64,000 nucleotides of DNA, taken from an uncultured Alphaproteobacteria bacterium. Lineage in GTDB: Bacteria; Pseudomonadota; Alphaproteobacteria; RF32; CAG-239. The DNA lies in the NCBI GenBank assembly GCA_944391395.1, contig CALXTI010000002.1, positions 1 to 64,000 on the forward strand, written 5' to 3'. The notes beneath the pieces are model-generated. The model saw only the letters and a program-made list of their open reading frames with translations, was not told the DNA's origin and searched no databases. Of the stretch, positions 20,143-30,277 are shown piece after piece; within the stretch, counting starts at the first letter, position 1, and each line of letters starts with the position of its first letter. The position numbers were made by a program, and so were the translations under genes.

Positions 20143-21215
20143 CAAAACAAAAAATTGCAATGATATCGGGTATCACCGGCCAGGACGGCTCCTATTTGGC
20201 AGAACTTTTGTTAGAAAAGGGCTATGAGGTTCATGGACTTGTTCGACGCAGTTCTTTATATAATGTTTCGCGTATTGAACACATTGTTGACAGATTATAT
20301 TTGCATTATGCGGATTTAACAGATTCCGTTAACCTGGTTCGACTGGTCAAAGAAATTGAACCGGACGAAATTTATAACCTCGGAGCTCAATCACATGTAA
20401 AAATTTCGTGGGATTGTCCGGAATTTACGGCAGAAACAGATGCATTAGGGACGCTGCGGTTGCTGGAAGCAATCCGGATTAACGGATTGGAGAAAAAAAC
20501 TCGTTTTTATCAAGCATCCACTTCAGAATTGTTCGGACTTATTCAGGAGCCGGTTCAATCTGAGAAAACGCCGTTTTATCCGCGTTCGCCTTATGGCGTG
20601 GCAAAGCTTTACGGCTATTGGATTACGGTCAATTATCGCGAAAGTTTCGGCATGTTTGCCTGCAACGGCATTTTGTTTAATCACGAAAGTCCCCGCCGCG
20701 GTGAAAATTTTGTTACCCGTAAAATTACTTTAGCCGCGACGCGTATTAAAGAAGGATTGCAGGATTGTTTGTATCTTGGCAACTTGGATGCCAAGCGTGA
20801 TTGGGGGCATGCCAAAGATTATGTTGAAGGAATGTGGCGGATGTTGCAGGCCGATAAGCCGGAAGATTATGTTCTGGCAACAGGAACAACGACTTCTATT
20901 CGTGATTTTGTTAATATGGTTTTTGATGAGTTGGGTATTGAACTTGAATGGCAAGGAAAAGGCGTGGATGAAAAAGCAATCGATAAAGAAACGGGGAAAG
21001 TCATTGTTGCCGTCAGTCCGGAGTTCTTCCGCCCGGCGGAAGTGGAACTCCTGCTCGGAGATTCAACAAAAGCCAAGACGAAACTTGGTTGGAAACCTCA
21101 ATATGATTTAAAAGCTTTGGCAAGAGAAATGGTCGCCGAAGATTTGAAATTGGCTCAAAAGGAAAAAATCCTTAAAGCTAACGGCTTTGAAATCAATACT
21201 AACTATATTGCCTAA
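20139..21215 (+). CDS. gmd: GDP-mannose 4,6-dehydratase
   Basis: [23 protein letters not shown] N-terminus ([28 protein letters not shown]) and overall Gmd sequence. Confidence 0.9.
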   Translation: MTKQKIAMISGITGQDGSYLAELLLEKGYEVHGLVRRSSLYNVSRIEHIVDRLYLHYADLTDSVNLVRLVKEIEPDEIYNLGAQSHVKISWDCPEFTAETDALGTLRLLEAIRINGLEKKTRFYQASTSELFGLIQEPVQSEKTPFYPRSPYGVAKLYGYWITVNYRESFGMFACNGILFNHESPRRGENFVTRKITLAATRIKEGLQDCLYLGNLDAKRDWGHAKDYVEGMWRMLQADKPEDYVLATGTTTSIRDFVNMVFDELGIELEWQGKGVDEKAIDKETGKVIVAVSPEFFRPAEVELLLGDSTKAKTKLGWKPQYDLKALAREMVAEDLKLAQKEKILKANGFEINTNYIA

Positions 21216-21226
21216 AGGATACAAGT

Positions 21227-23734
21227 ATGACAATTTGGATGGATTTGACAAATAGCTTAATGTCTTATAAGGGCAACGTCATCGGTATAATCCGAGCAGA
21301 ACTGATGCTTGCCAAAGAAATTCACAAGATAGATTCGCAAGTACGTTTTTCAATATGTACCAAGTATGGTCTTAAAGAAATTTCTCCCGATAAACTTGAT
21401 TGGCTGTGGCAAGCTGATGATTTGAACGATGCTTATCGAAAATTTCAAAATAAAAAGAAAACATTTATCGGAAAAGTTTCACAATATGTTACGCGTAAGA
21501 TTGATTCTCGTCTGTTTAGATTTTACAGAACAAAGAGAAATAAGTCCGTTTCGAAAAAAAGTTTTATTATATATCCGTATAAAAACGGTGATGTTGTTTT
21601 TTCGTGCGGTTGGTACGGAACAAAAAAGGAAGAATATTTTTCAAGGGTCTGCGCTCTTCTGCCATCGTTAAAACTGGTATATACCATATACGATTTATGT
21701 ATGGTTAAACCACAACTTCGTTATTTATATTATCCGCATGATATATATTTTGATCAATATTTGCTTTGGATTGTAAATAATTGTGATTATATAATTTACG
21801 GTGGCCACACGGCTCAGTCAGATGCTAGAGAATATTTTGGTAAGGCAAAATTAAACGCACCTGAAAGCGGATATGTGAAATGGGGCTGCGATATTAACCG
21901 GAAGAAGAAAAACGTTTCTGCCGAGCCAAAACAAGTGTTTGATAAATTCAATATATCCGTACCGTATGTTTTGGCTATCGGGTCGTTCGATTATAAAAAA
22001 TTGGCTGTCGGGTCGTTCGATTATAAAAAAAATTATGAAGTTTTATATCAAGCTTATTGTATGCTGAACCTGGCAAAAAAAGAAAATGTTCCGCAATTGG
22101 TTATTGTCGGGCGTTTTATTAAAGATGTTGAACAAAATTTACAAAATGCATTTCAGCAAAATCCGCTTGTCGAAAAGTGTGTTAAGATTGTCAGCTGCAG
22201 CGATGAAGAACTGGATGTTTTATATAAAAACTGTTTGTTTACCGTTTTGCCGACACTTTATGAAGGTTGGAGCTTAACACTTCCGGAAAGTTTGAGTTAC
22301 GGGAAATTGTGCTTGTGTTCAGATGTGGCTCCGTTGCGTGAAGCTGCCGGAGATTTGGCAGTATACGTAGATCCCAAACATCCTAAAGAATGGGCGGAAA
22401 ATATTATAAAATACAGCAAGAATAAAAATCTTTTGGCTGAACGTGAAAATTTGATTAGAAAAAATTGGAAGCCGGTTTTATGGAAAGACAGTGCTCAATC
22501 ATTATATAAAAAACTTGTTAAAATTGCGAAAACAAACAATTCTCACTTATATTACGAATTGGGATTGTTTCACATGCAAGGGGGTTTGTCGGGAATTCCT
22601 CGGACGCAGTTGATTTTGGCAAGACAATTATACAAAATAAATAAAAATATTACATTTTTCTTTATGAGCAAAGGACGATATTATGAATATTCTCATAAAC
22701 AGTTAAAACATCTATTGGGTCAAGAGCGCATTGATTTGGCATTGTCTTTGGATCAACAGGCTTATCGTATTTCTTTGCCGGAAGATATTCCGTTTAAGAA
22801 AGGCGATGTTGTTTTATCGGTAGGTATCGGTTATGATAAAAAATCATATGAAGCTTTGGCAGCAAAACATAAAGCTGCCGGCTTTAAGTATATTCAGTTA
22901 ATTTATGATTTTACCCCGATTACGGTACCGCATACGCATCCGCAAGAAAGAGTTAAAGCGTACCCAGATTTTCTAAATAAAATGTATACTTTATCTGATT
23001 TTGTTTTGTATGGCGGAAAAACGGCACAAAAAGACGGTTTAGAGTATCAGAAAAAAAACGGATTTGATGTTAAACCATCTGCGGCAGTCAAGTTCGGTTC
23101 TGATTTGGTTTCGTTAAAAACAACCAAGGAGCGTAAAGAAAAAGTCTTTGAAAAATATGGAATTACGGGTGAGTTTTTGTTGACTGTCGGAACAATAGAA
23201 GCGCGTAAAAATCATGCGTTGTTATATGAAGCTTATATTGAATTGATGCGTGATGAAAAATTTTCTGATAAGCTTCCTCAATTGGTGATATGCGGGCATC
23301 CCGGTTGGCGGACAGAGCATTTTCGACATGTTTTGTCAGTTGATACAAGGATTTTCAATAAAGTTATCATGATATCGCCTTCGGATGATGAACTTGATGT
23401 GTTATATCAGACTTGTAAATTTACATTGTTGGCAAGTCTTTATGAAGGATGGAGTTTGACGCTTCCGGAAAGTTTAAACTACGGAAAATTCTGTCTGGCA
23501 GCGGATACGCCATCTTTGACGGAAATCGGTGAGGATATTATTGATTATGCTAATCCGTATGATCCGTATGATTGGGCGGAAAAAATTCGATATTATGTAA
23601 CAACCCCGAAAGCTTTGTCTCAAAAGGAACGAGCTATAAAGCAGAAATGGGTGAATACGACATGGCAACAATGTGGTGAAAATATTAATCACATTATTTA
23701 TGACTTTTTACAAAAGGAAAAGAGCAATGACTAA
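21227..23734 (+). CDS. Two-domain GT4 glycosyltransferase (WbdA/WbpX-like candidate polymerising transferase, 835 aa)
   Basis: Two copies of the GT4 C-terminal signature (YEGWSLTLPESLSYGK and YEGWSLTLPESLNYGK). Confidence 0.75.
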   Translation: MTIWMDLTNSLMSYKGNVIGIIRAELMLAKEIHKIDSQVRFSICTKYGLKEISPDKLDWLWQADDLNDAYRKFQNKKKTFIGKVSQYVTRKIDSRLFRFYRTKRNKSVSKKSFIIYPYKNGDVVFSCGWYGTKKEEYFSRVCALLPSLKLVYTIYDLCMVKPQLRYLYYPHDIYFDQYLLWIVNNCDYIIYGGHTAQSDAREYFGKAKLNAPESGYVKWGCDINRKKKNVSAEPKQVFDKFNISVPYVLAIGSFDYKKLAVGSFDYKKNYEVLYQAYCMLNLAKKENVPQLVIVGRFIKDVEQNLQNAFQQNPLVEKCVKIVSCSDEELDVLYKNCLFTVLPTLYEGWSLTLPESLSYGKLCLCSDVAPLREAAGDLAVYVDPKHPKEWAENIIKYSKNKNLLAERENLIRKNWKPVLWKDSAQSLYKKLVKIAKTNNSHLYYELGLFHMQGGLSGIPRTQLILARQLYKINKNITFFFMSKGRYYEYSHKQLKHLLGQERIDLALSLDQQAYRISLPEDIPFKKGDVVLSVGIGYDKKSYEALAAKHKAAGFKYIQLIYDFTPITVPHTHPQERVKAYPDFLNKMYTLSDFVLYGGKTAQKDGLEYQKKNGFDVKPSAAVKFGSDLVSLKTTKERKEKVFEKYGITGEFLLTVGTIEARKNHALLYEAYIELMRDEKFSDKLPQLVICGHPGWRTEHFRHVLSVDTRIFNKVIMISPSDDELDVLYQTCKFTLLASLYEGWSLTLPESLNYGKFCLAADTPSLTEIGEDIIDYANPYDPYDWAEKIRYYVTTPKALSQKERAIKQKWVNTTWQQCGENINHIIYDFLQKEKSND
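21971..22030 (+). repeat. Perfect in-frame tandem duplication, 2 x 30 bp with 1 mismatch, inside the two-domain GT gene (AIGSFDYKKL / AVGSFDYKKN)
   Basis: ttggct[a/g]tcgggtcgttcgattataaaaaa appears twice in direct succession. Confidence 0.8.
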
Positions 23735-24641
23735 GGTGTTTGTTACAGGCGCCGGCGGATTTGTCGGTCGACAAATTATAAAAGAGTTGGCATCGTCAGG
23801 TGTTGACATTATGGCAATGGATAAATCCGACAGACTGGATAACATTGAAGGAATAAAGCTTTGTAAGATAGATTTGTCGGAACGTGATAAGTTAAAAGAA
23901 AGTCTTGCGGATTTTAAGCCGGACAGCATTATACACCTGGCTGCGATTGCTTCACCCGTATATGACCGGATTGGTGAATTGTATGAGATAAATGTCCGGG
24001 GTTCAGAAAATTTGCTTGATGCTGTTAAAAATTCTTGTAAAGCGGGGACGAGGGTTATTCTTACCAGTACTGCCGGGGTATATGGCAATTCTGACAAAGA
24101 ATTTATATCGGAAGATACGGAATTTAATCCGCAAAATCATTATTCATATAGTAAAATGGTTATGGAGTATCTCTCCCGGTCGTATGCCGACGATCTTGAT
24201 ATCAGAATAATTCGTCCGTTTAATATCATTGGGTATGGTCAAAGAGATGATTTTTTAATTCCAAAACTTGTCAAGGCATATGCCTTACATCAGCCTGTCT
24301 TGCAAGTGGGAAATTTGGCGACGGCGCGTGATTATGTAGATATTTTTTTCGCGGCAAAAATCTTTTGTAAAATGGCTTTGGATGATAATGTTTCCGATAA
24401 ATTGCTAAATATCTGTTCAGGGTATGGAACAACAGGAAATGATGTTTTAAGAATGTTGGAACAAATAACCGACTTTCGACCTAAAATAGATGTTGCGGAC
24501 GCTTTTCTGAGGAAAAACGAAATTATGCGTCTGGTCGGTGATGCTTCCTTATGCAATCGTTTTATCGGCAATGATATTCGTCCAATGGTTATGTATGACA
24601 TTTTATATTCAATGATACAAGGATATAAAAATGGGAACTAA
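23727..24641 (+). CDS. NAD-dependent sugar-nucleotide reductase, Rmd-like (GDP-4-keto-6-deoxy-D-mannose reductase)
   Basis: VFVTGAGGFVGRQI Rossmann N-terminus, YxxxK catalytic motif and RPFNIIGYGQ, similar to Rmd. Adjacent to gmd. Confidence 0.7.
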   Translation: MTKVFVTGAGGFVGRQIIKELASSGVDIMAMDKSDRLDNIEGIKLCKIDLSERDKLKESLADFKPDSIIHLAAIASPVYDRIGELYEINVRGSENLLDAVKNSCKAGTRVILTSTAGVYGNSDKEFISEDTEFNPQNHYSYSKMVMEYLSRSYADDLDIRIIRPFNIIGYGQRDDFLIPKLVKAYALHQPVLQVGNLATARDYVDIFFAAKIFCKMALDDNVSDKLLNICSGYGTTGNDVLRMLEQITDFRPKIDVADAFLRKNEIMRLVGDASLCNRFIGNDIRPMVMYDILYSMIQGYKNGN

Positions 24642-25749
24642 TGGTATGAAGTTTAAAAAAGCATATAAAAAGATATTTATATTTGCCATTGTTTGTTTAT
24701 TGTTTTTACCAATGACGTATTTACTGGGGGTTAAAGATAAAACGGTTGTTTATGGTGTTGAGGCAGGTGAAAATTTGCCAAGCCTTCAGGCATCTTCTTT
24801 TGTCAGCCGCGAATTTCAAACGAAATTTGAAAGGTGGTGGAATACTCATTTTGGGTTTCGTAAGTTTATGCTTAAATCAAAAAATCAATTCTATGATTGG
24901 GCTAATTTCGGAAAGATGCATACGGGATATTTTAATAATATTATAGAAGGTAAAGATAAATATGTTTTTGGGCGGTATTTCTTTTATTCAATGGCAAAAA
25001 ATTGTCCGTCCGTACCATCCTTTTCAAAATTATTACAATTTTACGATATTGCTCGGCATAAAGGGATTGAACTTTATTTTATTGTTGCGCCGAGCAAAGT
25101 GGTGACTTATGCGGAATATTTGCCGTTTAGATATAAATATTTTCTCGGTCAAGATTGTCATTTAAATCAAAAAATAGCTGCAAATATTGCTAAGATTGGT
25201 ATTCCCGTATATGATTCCCAACCGATGATTAATTATATGCATTCGACAGACGGGCTTGAACCGTTTCCGATAGGGGGCATACACTGGAATTTATACAGCG
25301 CCGGTTGGACTTTGGTTGAAGCTGCTAAAACTTTTGGTTGGGGTAAAATAGAAATTACTAAAATGGAAAAACAAGATACGCCGTATTTTTCGGAACAGGA
25401 TTTAACTAATTTGATGAATTTGTTTATTAAAAAGAAAAATGATATTGCGTATTATAGGCCGATATTTTCTTCAGAATTTGTTTTTGACGGGCAGACCACC
25501 ATTATCGGAGACAGTTTCTCTCATGGCTTTAGATTGTCTGTCGAAAATGCGCATTTAATTGGCAAAGATGGTTTGTTGCACTATGAAAATGCTCCATTGT
25601 CAGATGCTGATGCAATAAAGGTGTTGAATTCAAAACGGATTATTTTTGTGTATACGGATAATATATATCAGTCGAATCATCAATTTTATAAAAAGCTTGA
25701 TGTTCTTATTAAAAATGCAGGTTATATTTCAGAGAGTGCCGCAAAATGA
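24631..25749 (+). CDS. Membrane-anchored hypothetical protein with weak AlgX/AlgJ-like (SGNH O-acetyltransferase-like) motifs
   Basis: N-terminal transmembrane segment, PSKVVTYAEYLP and GGIHWN segments. Low-confidence domain call. Confidence 0.4.
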   Translation: MGTNGMKFKKAYKKIFIFAIVCLLFLPMTYLLGVKDKTVVYGVEAGENLPSLQASSFVSREFQTKFERWWNTHFGFRKFMLKSKNQFYDWANFGKMHTGYFNNIIEGKDKYVFGRYFFYSMAKNCPSVPSFSKLLQFYDIARHKGIELYFIVAPSKVVTYAEYLPFRYKYFLGQDCHLNQKIAANIAKIGIPVYDSQPMINYMHSTDGLEPFPIGGIHWNLYSAGWTLVEAAKTFGWGKIEITKMEKQDTPYFSEQDLTNLMNLFIKKKNDIAYYRPIFSSEFVFDGQTTIIGDSFSHGFRLSVENAHLIGKDGLLHYENAPLSDADAIKVLNSKRIIFVYTDNIYQSNHQFYKKLDVLIKNAGYISESAAK

Positions 25750-26795
25750 AAAAATATGATGTGGTTATTCCTTTGGGACAGTATTGTGCAACGGCCATGG
25801 CCTTAAAAGCTTGCGGTGTACGAAAGGCAAGCTATCCTTTTGATTGGAGCGCCGGCGTTCGGTATGAAAAATGCGGCTTTTGCGGTTTGGAAGGAAAAGT
25901 AAATTTAATTTGCAATGATTTTAAGGATGCTTTTAATTTTGAAGATTATGAAGAATTTTGGTCTCCGGAAAATAGGTCAAGAAGTGTTTTGAATACAAAG
26001 ACCGGATTACAATATGTGCATGATTTCCCTTGGAATAAAACCGTTAAAGATTTTTTTCCGGAATATCTGGAAAAATATGAGCGGCGTGTTGAAAGGTTGT
26101 ATCACGATATAAAACACGGGAAACATATTTTATTTGTTTTTGCAACAAGGCATAATCATGTCATAGGCTACGATATAATAACAAAATGTCAGCAGATGCT
26201 GATGCAAAAATTTCCGGATAAGGATTTGAATTTTTTGTATCTTTTCAGTGTCGAAGAATGTGGAGAAAAAGATTTTTACAATTTTGATATGAGTGAAAAT
26301 ATTCGTATTGTTTTATATAAAGATATAAACAAAGGAGAAGGCAATGGTTCCGTGTTGCAAAAAATATTTACCGCTTATATTAATCACAATATTACTTATG
26401 ATTTTGTGAAAGAAGATATTATTAATTATGGTCTGTCTATAAAAGAAAATTGGGGCAGATGGACCGATGGCGAATATGTCACATTAAAACTGCCGATGCC
26501 GTTTGTCCGAAAAGAAATACAAGTTGAATTTAAAATATTTCCTTATTTTTCGGAAAAAAGAAAAGAACAAAATTGTCAGCTTTTTATAAATGATGTTTTT
26601 TTTACAAATTGGCATTTTGAGCAAGGAAAGAAAAACCATTTTTCGTTTAATGTGTCTTCGGAAATAAATAATCGGGAATTTCTTGATTTGAAATTTATTA
26701 TAGATAATCCGATTTCGCAGGCAGAACAAGGAATTAACAATGATATGCGAAAGCTTGGTATCGGTTTTCAAAATATCATAATTGAGGAAATCTAA
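25746..26795 (+). CDS. Hypothetical protein, DUF1796-like (putative papain-fold enzyme), translationally coupled to the upstream gene
   Basis: YDVVIPLGQYCATAMALKACGVRKASYPFDW N-terminus. The ATGA start-stop overlap suggests coupling. Confidence 0.5.
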   Translation: MKKYDVVIPLGQYCATAMALKACGVRKASYPFDWSAGVRYEKCGFCGLEGKVNLICNDFKDAFNFEDYEEFWSPENRSRSVLNTKTGLQYVHDFPWNKTVKDFFPEYLEKYERRVERLYHDIKHGKHILFVFATRHNHVIGYDIITKCQQMLMQKFPDKDLNFLYLFSVEECGEKDFYNFDMSENIRIVLYKDINKGEGNGSVLQKIFTAYINHNITYDFVKEDIINYGLSIKENWGRWTDGEYVTLKLPMPFVRKEIQVEFKIFPYFSEKRKEQNCQLFINDVFFTNWHFEQGKKNHFSFNVSSEINNREFLDLKFIIDNPISQAEQGINNDMRKLGIGFQNIIIEEI

Positions 26796-27667
26796 AGATC
26801 TCCCCATCGTAAGTTATTGTAACGAAGGGATAGAGGTGCTGAAGCGACCATCAAACGCGATAAGCCTTTGCTTTTAATTTGTTTGTACCATACTCCCGAA
26901 GATTTTTTTGGCATAAAACCGTTAATCGAAAGTTGGAACTTAGGGTATAAATTCAAAATCGCAGATACGGAACCATGTAATAACGTTATCGGTATGCATT
27001 TAACCCTGATTGCTTATCAAGAATAAATATAGGGTTTCCGACCAATATAGACGCCATATCAAGTGATATAAAATATGGAAAATTATATAAGTGAAAATCA
27101 TTGTTTTTATAAGCCAAAACATATTCATCATGCAGGTGCTTGCAATATTGCAGAGACGGAAAATCTTTTGAAAATGCGGGGAGTTCTTTTTCGGTTTTTT
27201 TATGCAAAAATCCAAAGCACTAAACATCATTGTAAGTTGACATACTTTGCGGGGCGTCATATTACCGTAATTAGGCGTATGTGCATCATTAAAACACTCA
27301 TTTTCTGCCTTTCAATCAAAAACAGATGATCCGGTTTAGATATTATCATTGCAGATTGGATATGTTGCGATTGCTACTTTTTGTAAAATGTGTATTGTAT
27401 AATGTGTCTAGTATCATTGCAGACCGGATATTTGCAATCTTTTTATCTTTGGTACGCAGAAAAATCCAAATTTGTTTTTTGCGGTATATGGGAATGAGGT
27501 CGCAAGGAACGTTAACTACCAAGTAATATGAGCTTCCGCGATTGTATAAATGCATGAACAAGCCTCCGATGATTTAAGGCTAATTCCAATGAGATTTATT
27601 AGCAGAAGTTATTAGCAATTATTGATTTATAAAGAAAAAACCGCCAAAAATGACGGTTTGCATTCTG

Positions 27668-27742
27668 TGGCTGGGGTGGCTGGATTCGAACCAACGAATG
27701 TCGGCACCAAAAGCCGATGCCTTACCACTTGGCGACACCCCA
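27668..27742 (-). tRNA. tRNA-Gln (anticodon TTG)
   Basis: The reverse complement TGGGGTGTCGCCAAGTGGTAAGGC...GGTTCGAATCCAGCCACCCCAGCCA folds as a cloverleaf. Anticodon loop is TTTTGGT. Confidence 0.8.
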
Positions 27743-27826
27743 ATCTTTCAAGGCATGCGCTATATGTAGAATAAAAAAATATTAAATGCAAGAACTTTTT
27801 TTATCAGAGAATAATTTTTTTGCTTT

Positions 27827-27992
27827 ATGATTCAAACATAACACACATGCGTAAGCGAGTAGCTGTAGGCACACCAATCCAGTCGTTGGGTATCATGTTC
27901 ATGTTGAAGTAAAACGGCAAGCGAGTAGATATAGGTACATCGGTCCGGCCGCAGGATTGCGAAGCTTTTGGGTCGGGTGAGCGCAGTCCGGA
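27827..27992 (+). repeat. Copy A of a roughly 120-170 bp intergenic repeat family. It begins ATGATTCAAAC and contains an internal partial duplication of about 70 bp.
   Basis: Aligns with 48394-48507 and with the reverse complement of 28716-28833, for example ttgcgaagcttttgggtcgggtgagcgcagtccggaacgattaat. Confidence 0.65.
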
Positions 27993-28104
27993 ACGATTAA
28001 TGCTTCTTACATAAACCAATGAAAGTTTATTCTATTTTTGGCTTTTAAAATTAAAGAAAGCGGATTAAGGTAAATCTCCTTTAATCCGCTTTTTCATTGT
28101 GGCG

Positions 28105-28566
28105 TTACCGACCGTAGACGATGATGTATGCTTTTTCTCCCTTGTGAGAAAATACATACTTTACTTTTGTATCGTCCCGCCATGGCTGATCACATTCCGC
28201 CCAGCCGGCGATTCCTTCTTCATCCTTGAACTCTTTTTTTGTGAGTTCGGGATAGGTTACAAAGACCATTTCTTCGTTGTTGAAGAAAGCATCAAAATTG
28301 TCGTAACTTATACCGAAAGTTCCGTCGGCATAGGAAAAAAGGGTTGCCCAGTCTGCACCGCCGCTTTTGGCAATCTCCAAAACATAGGCATAGTGAGCCA
28401 TCTTAAGCTCCTGCACTACATTTTTTTCTATGGGGTAAGAAACTTCGTTTAAGACAACGTTTGAGTTTTTTACCCGAATGTCTTTAATTGCCGGCACAGC
28501 ATTGGCTGTATTGGCTGCTGTAAGGCCTATGGCGGCTATACAGCATATCATAAAAATTTTTTTCAT
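28105..28566 (-). CDS. Small secreted hypothetical protein of 153 aa
   Basis: Signal peptide MKKIFMICCIAAIGLTAANTANA. Flanked by inverted copies of the repeat family. Confidence 0.6.
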   Translation of the reverse strand: MKKIFMICCIAAIGLTAANTANAVPAIKDIRVKNSNVVLNEVSYPIEKNVVQELKMAHYAYVLEIAKSGGADWATLFSYADGTFGISYDNFDAFFNNEEMVFVTYPELTKKEFKDEEGIAGWAECDQPWRDDTKVKYVFSHKGEKAYIIVYGR

Positions 28567-28715
28567 AATTGTTTTGTTTTAATATGTTACCTTTATCTGT
28601 ATATCATATTTTGAGAATAATTTCAATATAAAATTTTGTCCATTCAACAAGGCGGAAATTATTTCAGATAAAGACGCATGTTTGCAAAACCATAAACTTT
28701 TACAGGCTTACACAA

Positions 28716-28833
28716 GCGGTATTAATTGTTCCGAGCTGTGTTCACCCGACCCAAAAGTTTCGCAAGCCTAACGGCTGGGCTGGTATGCCTACATCTACCT
28801 GCTCACGTAGGTGGTGTTATATTTGAATCATAA
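28716..28833 (-). repeat. Copy B of the intergenic repeat family, in inverted orientation
   Basis: Its reverse complement, atgattcaaatataacaccacctacgtgagcaggtagatgtaggcat...cttttgggtcgggtgaacacagctcggaacaattaat, matches copies A and C. Confidence 0.65.
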
Positions 28834-28835
28834 AA

Positions 28836-28862
28836 AAACCGTCCTTAAAAAGGACGGTTTGA
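28836..28862. terminator. Bidirectional hairpin terminator (aaaccgtcctt-aaaa-aggacggttt)
   Basis: Seen directly. It lies at the 3' end of the minus-strand SPFH gene. Confidence 0.55.
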
Positions 28863-28864
28863 AG

Positions 28865-30277
28865 TTACTCTTTTTTCAACAAGCTGACTATGGCTTCCAG
28901 GATTTTCTTTCCTTCTTCGGTTGAAGCAAGGCTCTCGAGGAAACCGGCTGCAGCGTATCCGCCTTTGGGCGAAAGCGCGTCGGCTGCATTTTTGACACCG
29001 TCGGCAACGTTTCCGGCACCGGCAATGATCTTAATGTCAGCTTCTTTCAGGTTATCCGCCTGTTTTAAGCCAACACGCTCATTGGCCTCAATTTGGCGTG
29101 TTTTAACCAGATAATCCTGGTAACCGGTATTTGAGCCGATCTCTTTGGCAAGTGCGGTTTGAGCCGTAACGGATGCCATTTGCATACGCTCCTCGGCATT
29201 TGCTTTGGCTTCGCCGACGGCCTTAATACCTTTTGCCTCATTTTCAGAGGCAATAAGCTGACCTTCAGATTCAACCGATTGCTTGGCTTTGGTCGCTTCG
29301 GCTTCAATGACCTGGGCTTTTTTGGCAATTTCGGCATTACGGGTCTTTTCGACTTCGGTAATGTCCATTTCTTTTTGCTTGGTCACTTTTGCCTCGTCTT
29401 TTATCTGTTGGTCTGCTTTTTCATTTTTAATACCGACAGATGCTTTGACTTCGGCTTCACGTTGACCGACAATTTCAAAAGCGTCTTGTTTCTTTAGGTC
29501 AACGGCCTGTTTTGCAAGAATTTCAGCTTCCTCGGCCGCCTGAGAGTTTTTGGCCACCGTGATGCGTGATTCTTTTTCAATATCTGATTTTTTCTTTTTC
29601 ATGATATTTTCAATCACGGTTTCATCTCTGGCATCGCGAATATCCATCAGTTCAATATTTTTAACGGTTTGGACACCCCAGTTGGCGAGCTGTTCACGAA
29701 CGGCATTCGTGAATTTTGAGCCATATTCGGCTCGTTCGCCCATAATCAGTTCCAATTCTTCGTTAGCCAATAAAGAACGAGATGCTCCTTCCAGAATTCC
29801 GGTCAGTTGGCTGCGCAGTTCATGAAAATCTTTAATGCGCGTTGCTGCCATTTTGTAGTTTGAAATTCGAAAGAACGCCTGGATATCGACCACAAAAGGC
29901 AGACGATCTTTGTCATAGGCGTTGTAATTGTTCAGGTCTATGTCAAAAACAGACAAAGGTAGAACCGAAACATTAACGCCTAAGATCGGTATCCATACCG
30001 GCCATTCATAGTAACTGTTCCCTGCGGAGACGTCGACCACTTCAGGCGTATCGTCAATATTACCATAGATTAGGGTTTTCTTGCCTTGTCGAACGATATG
30101 CACTTCATTGGGCGCAACAACGCGGCGCAATGAAAACATCCATTTGCAAAAAAACAAGAAAAGGATAAAAACAACAATCCCAGTGCCAAGCAAAATCCAG
30201 CTTGCTGTACTCATAATTAACATAATAGATATTTTTTTAAGGGTTAATAATAAATAAAAGTGAACCATATGTATCAT
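28865..30277 (-). CDS. SPFH/band-7 (flotillin/YqiK-like) membrane protein. The true start may be an internal Met (MLIMSTASW).
   Basis: N-terminal transmembrane segment, an SPFH core and a long Ala/Glu/Lys-rich coiled coil. Confidence 0.75.
   Translation of the reverse strand: MIHMVHFYLLLTLKKISIMLIMSTASWILLGTGIVVFILFLFFCKWMFSLRRVVAPNEVHIVRQGKKTLIYGNIDDTPEVVDVSAGNSYYEWPVWIPILGVNVSVLPLSVFDIDLNNYNAYDKDRLPFVVDIQAFFRISNYKMAATRIKDFHELRSQLTGILEGASRSLLANEELELIMGERAEYGSKFTNAVREQLANWGVQTVKNIELMDIRDARDETVIENIMKKKKSDIEKESRITVAKNSQAAEEAEILAKQAVDLKKQDAFEIVGQREAEVKASVGIKNEKADQQIKDEAKVTKQKEMDITEVEKTRNAEIAKKAQVIEAEATKAKQSVESEGQLIASENEAKGIKAVGEAKANAEERMQMASVTAQTALAKEIGSNTGYQDYLVKTRQIEANERVGLKQADNLKEADIKIIAGAGNVADGVKNAADALSPKGGYAAAGFLESLASTEEGKKILEAIVSLLKKE

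Noticed and set aside
27075-27561. Several 60-85-aa ORFs in the tRNA-Gln-adjacent noncoding region
   Set aside because: They are AT-rich and low-complexity, with no ribosome-binding sites, and they overlap one another. I treated them as noncoding.
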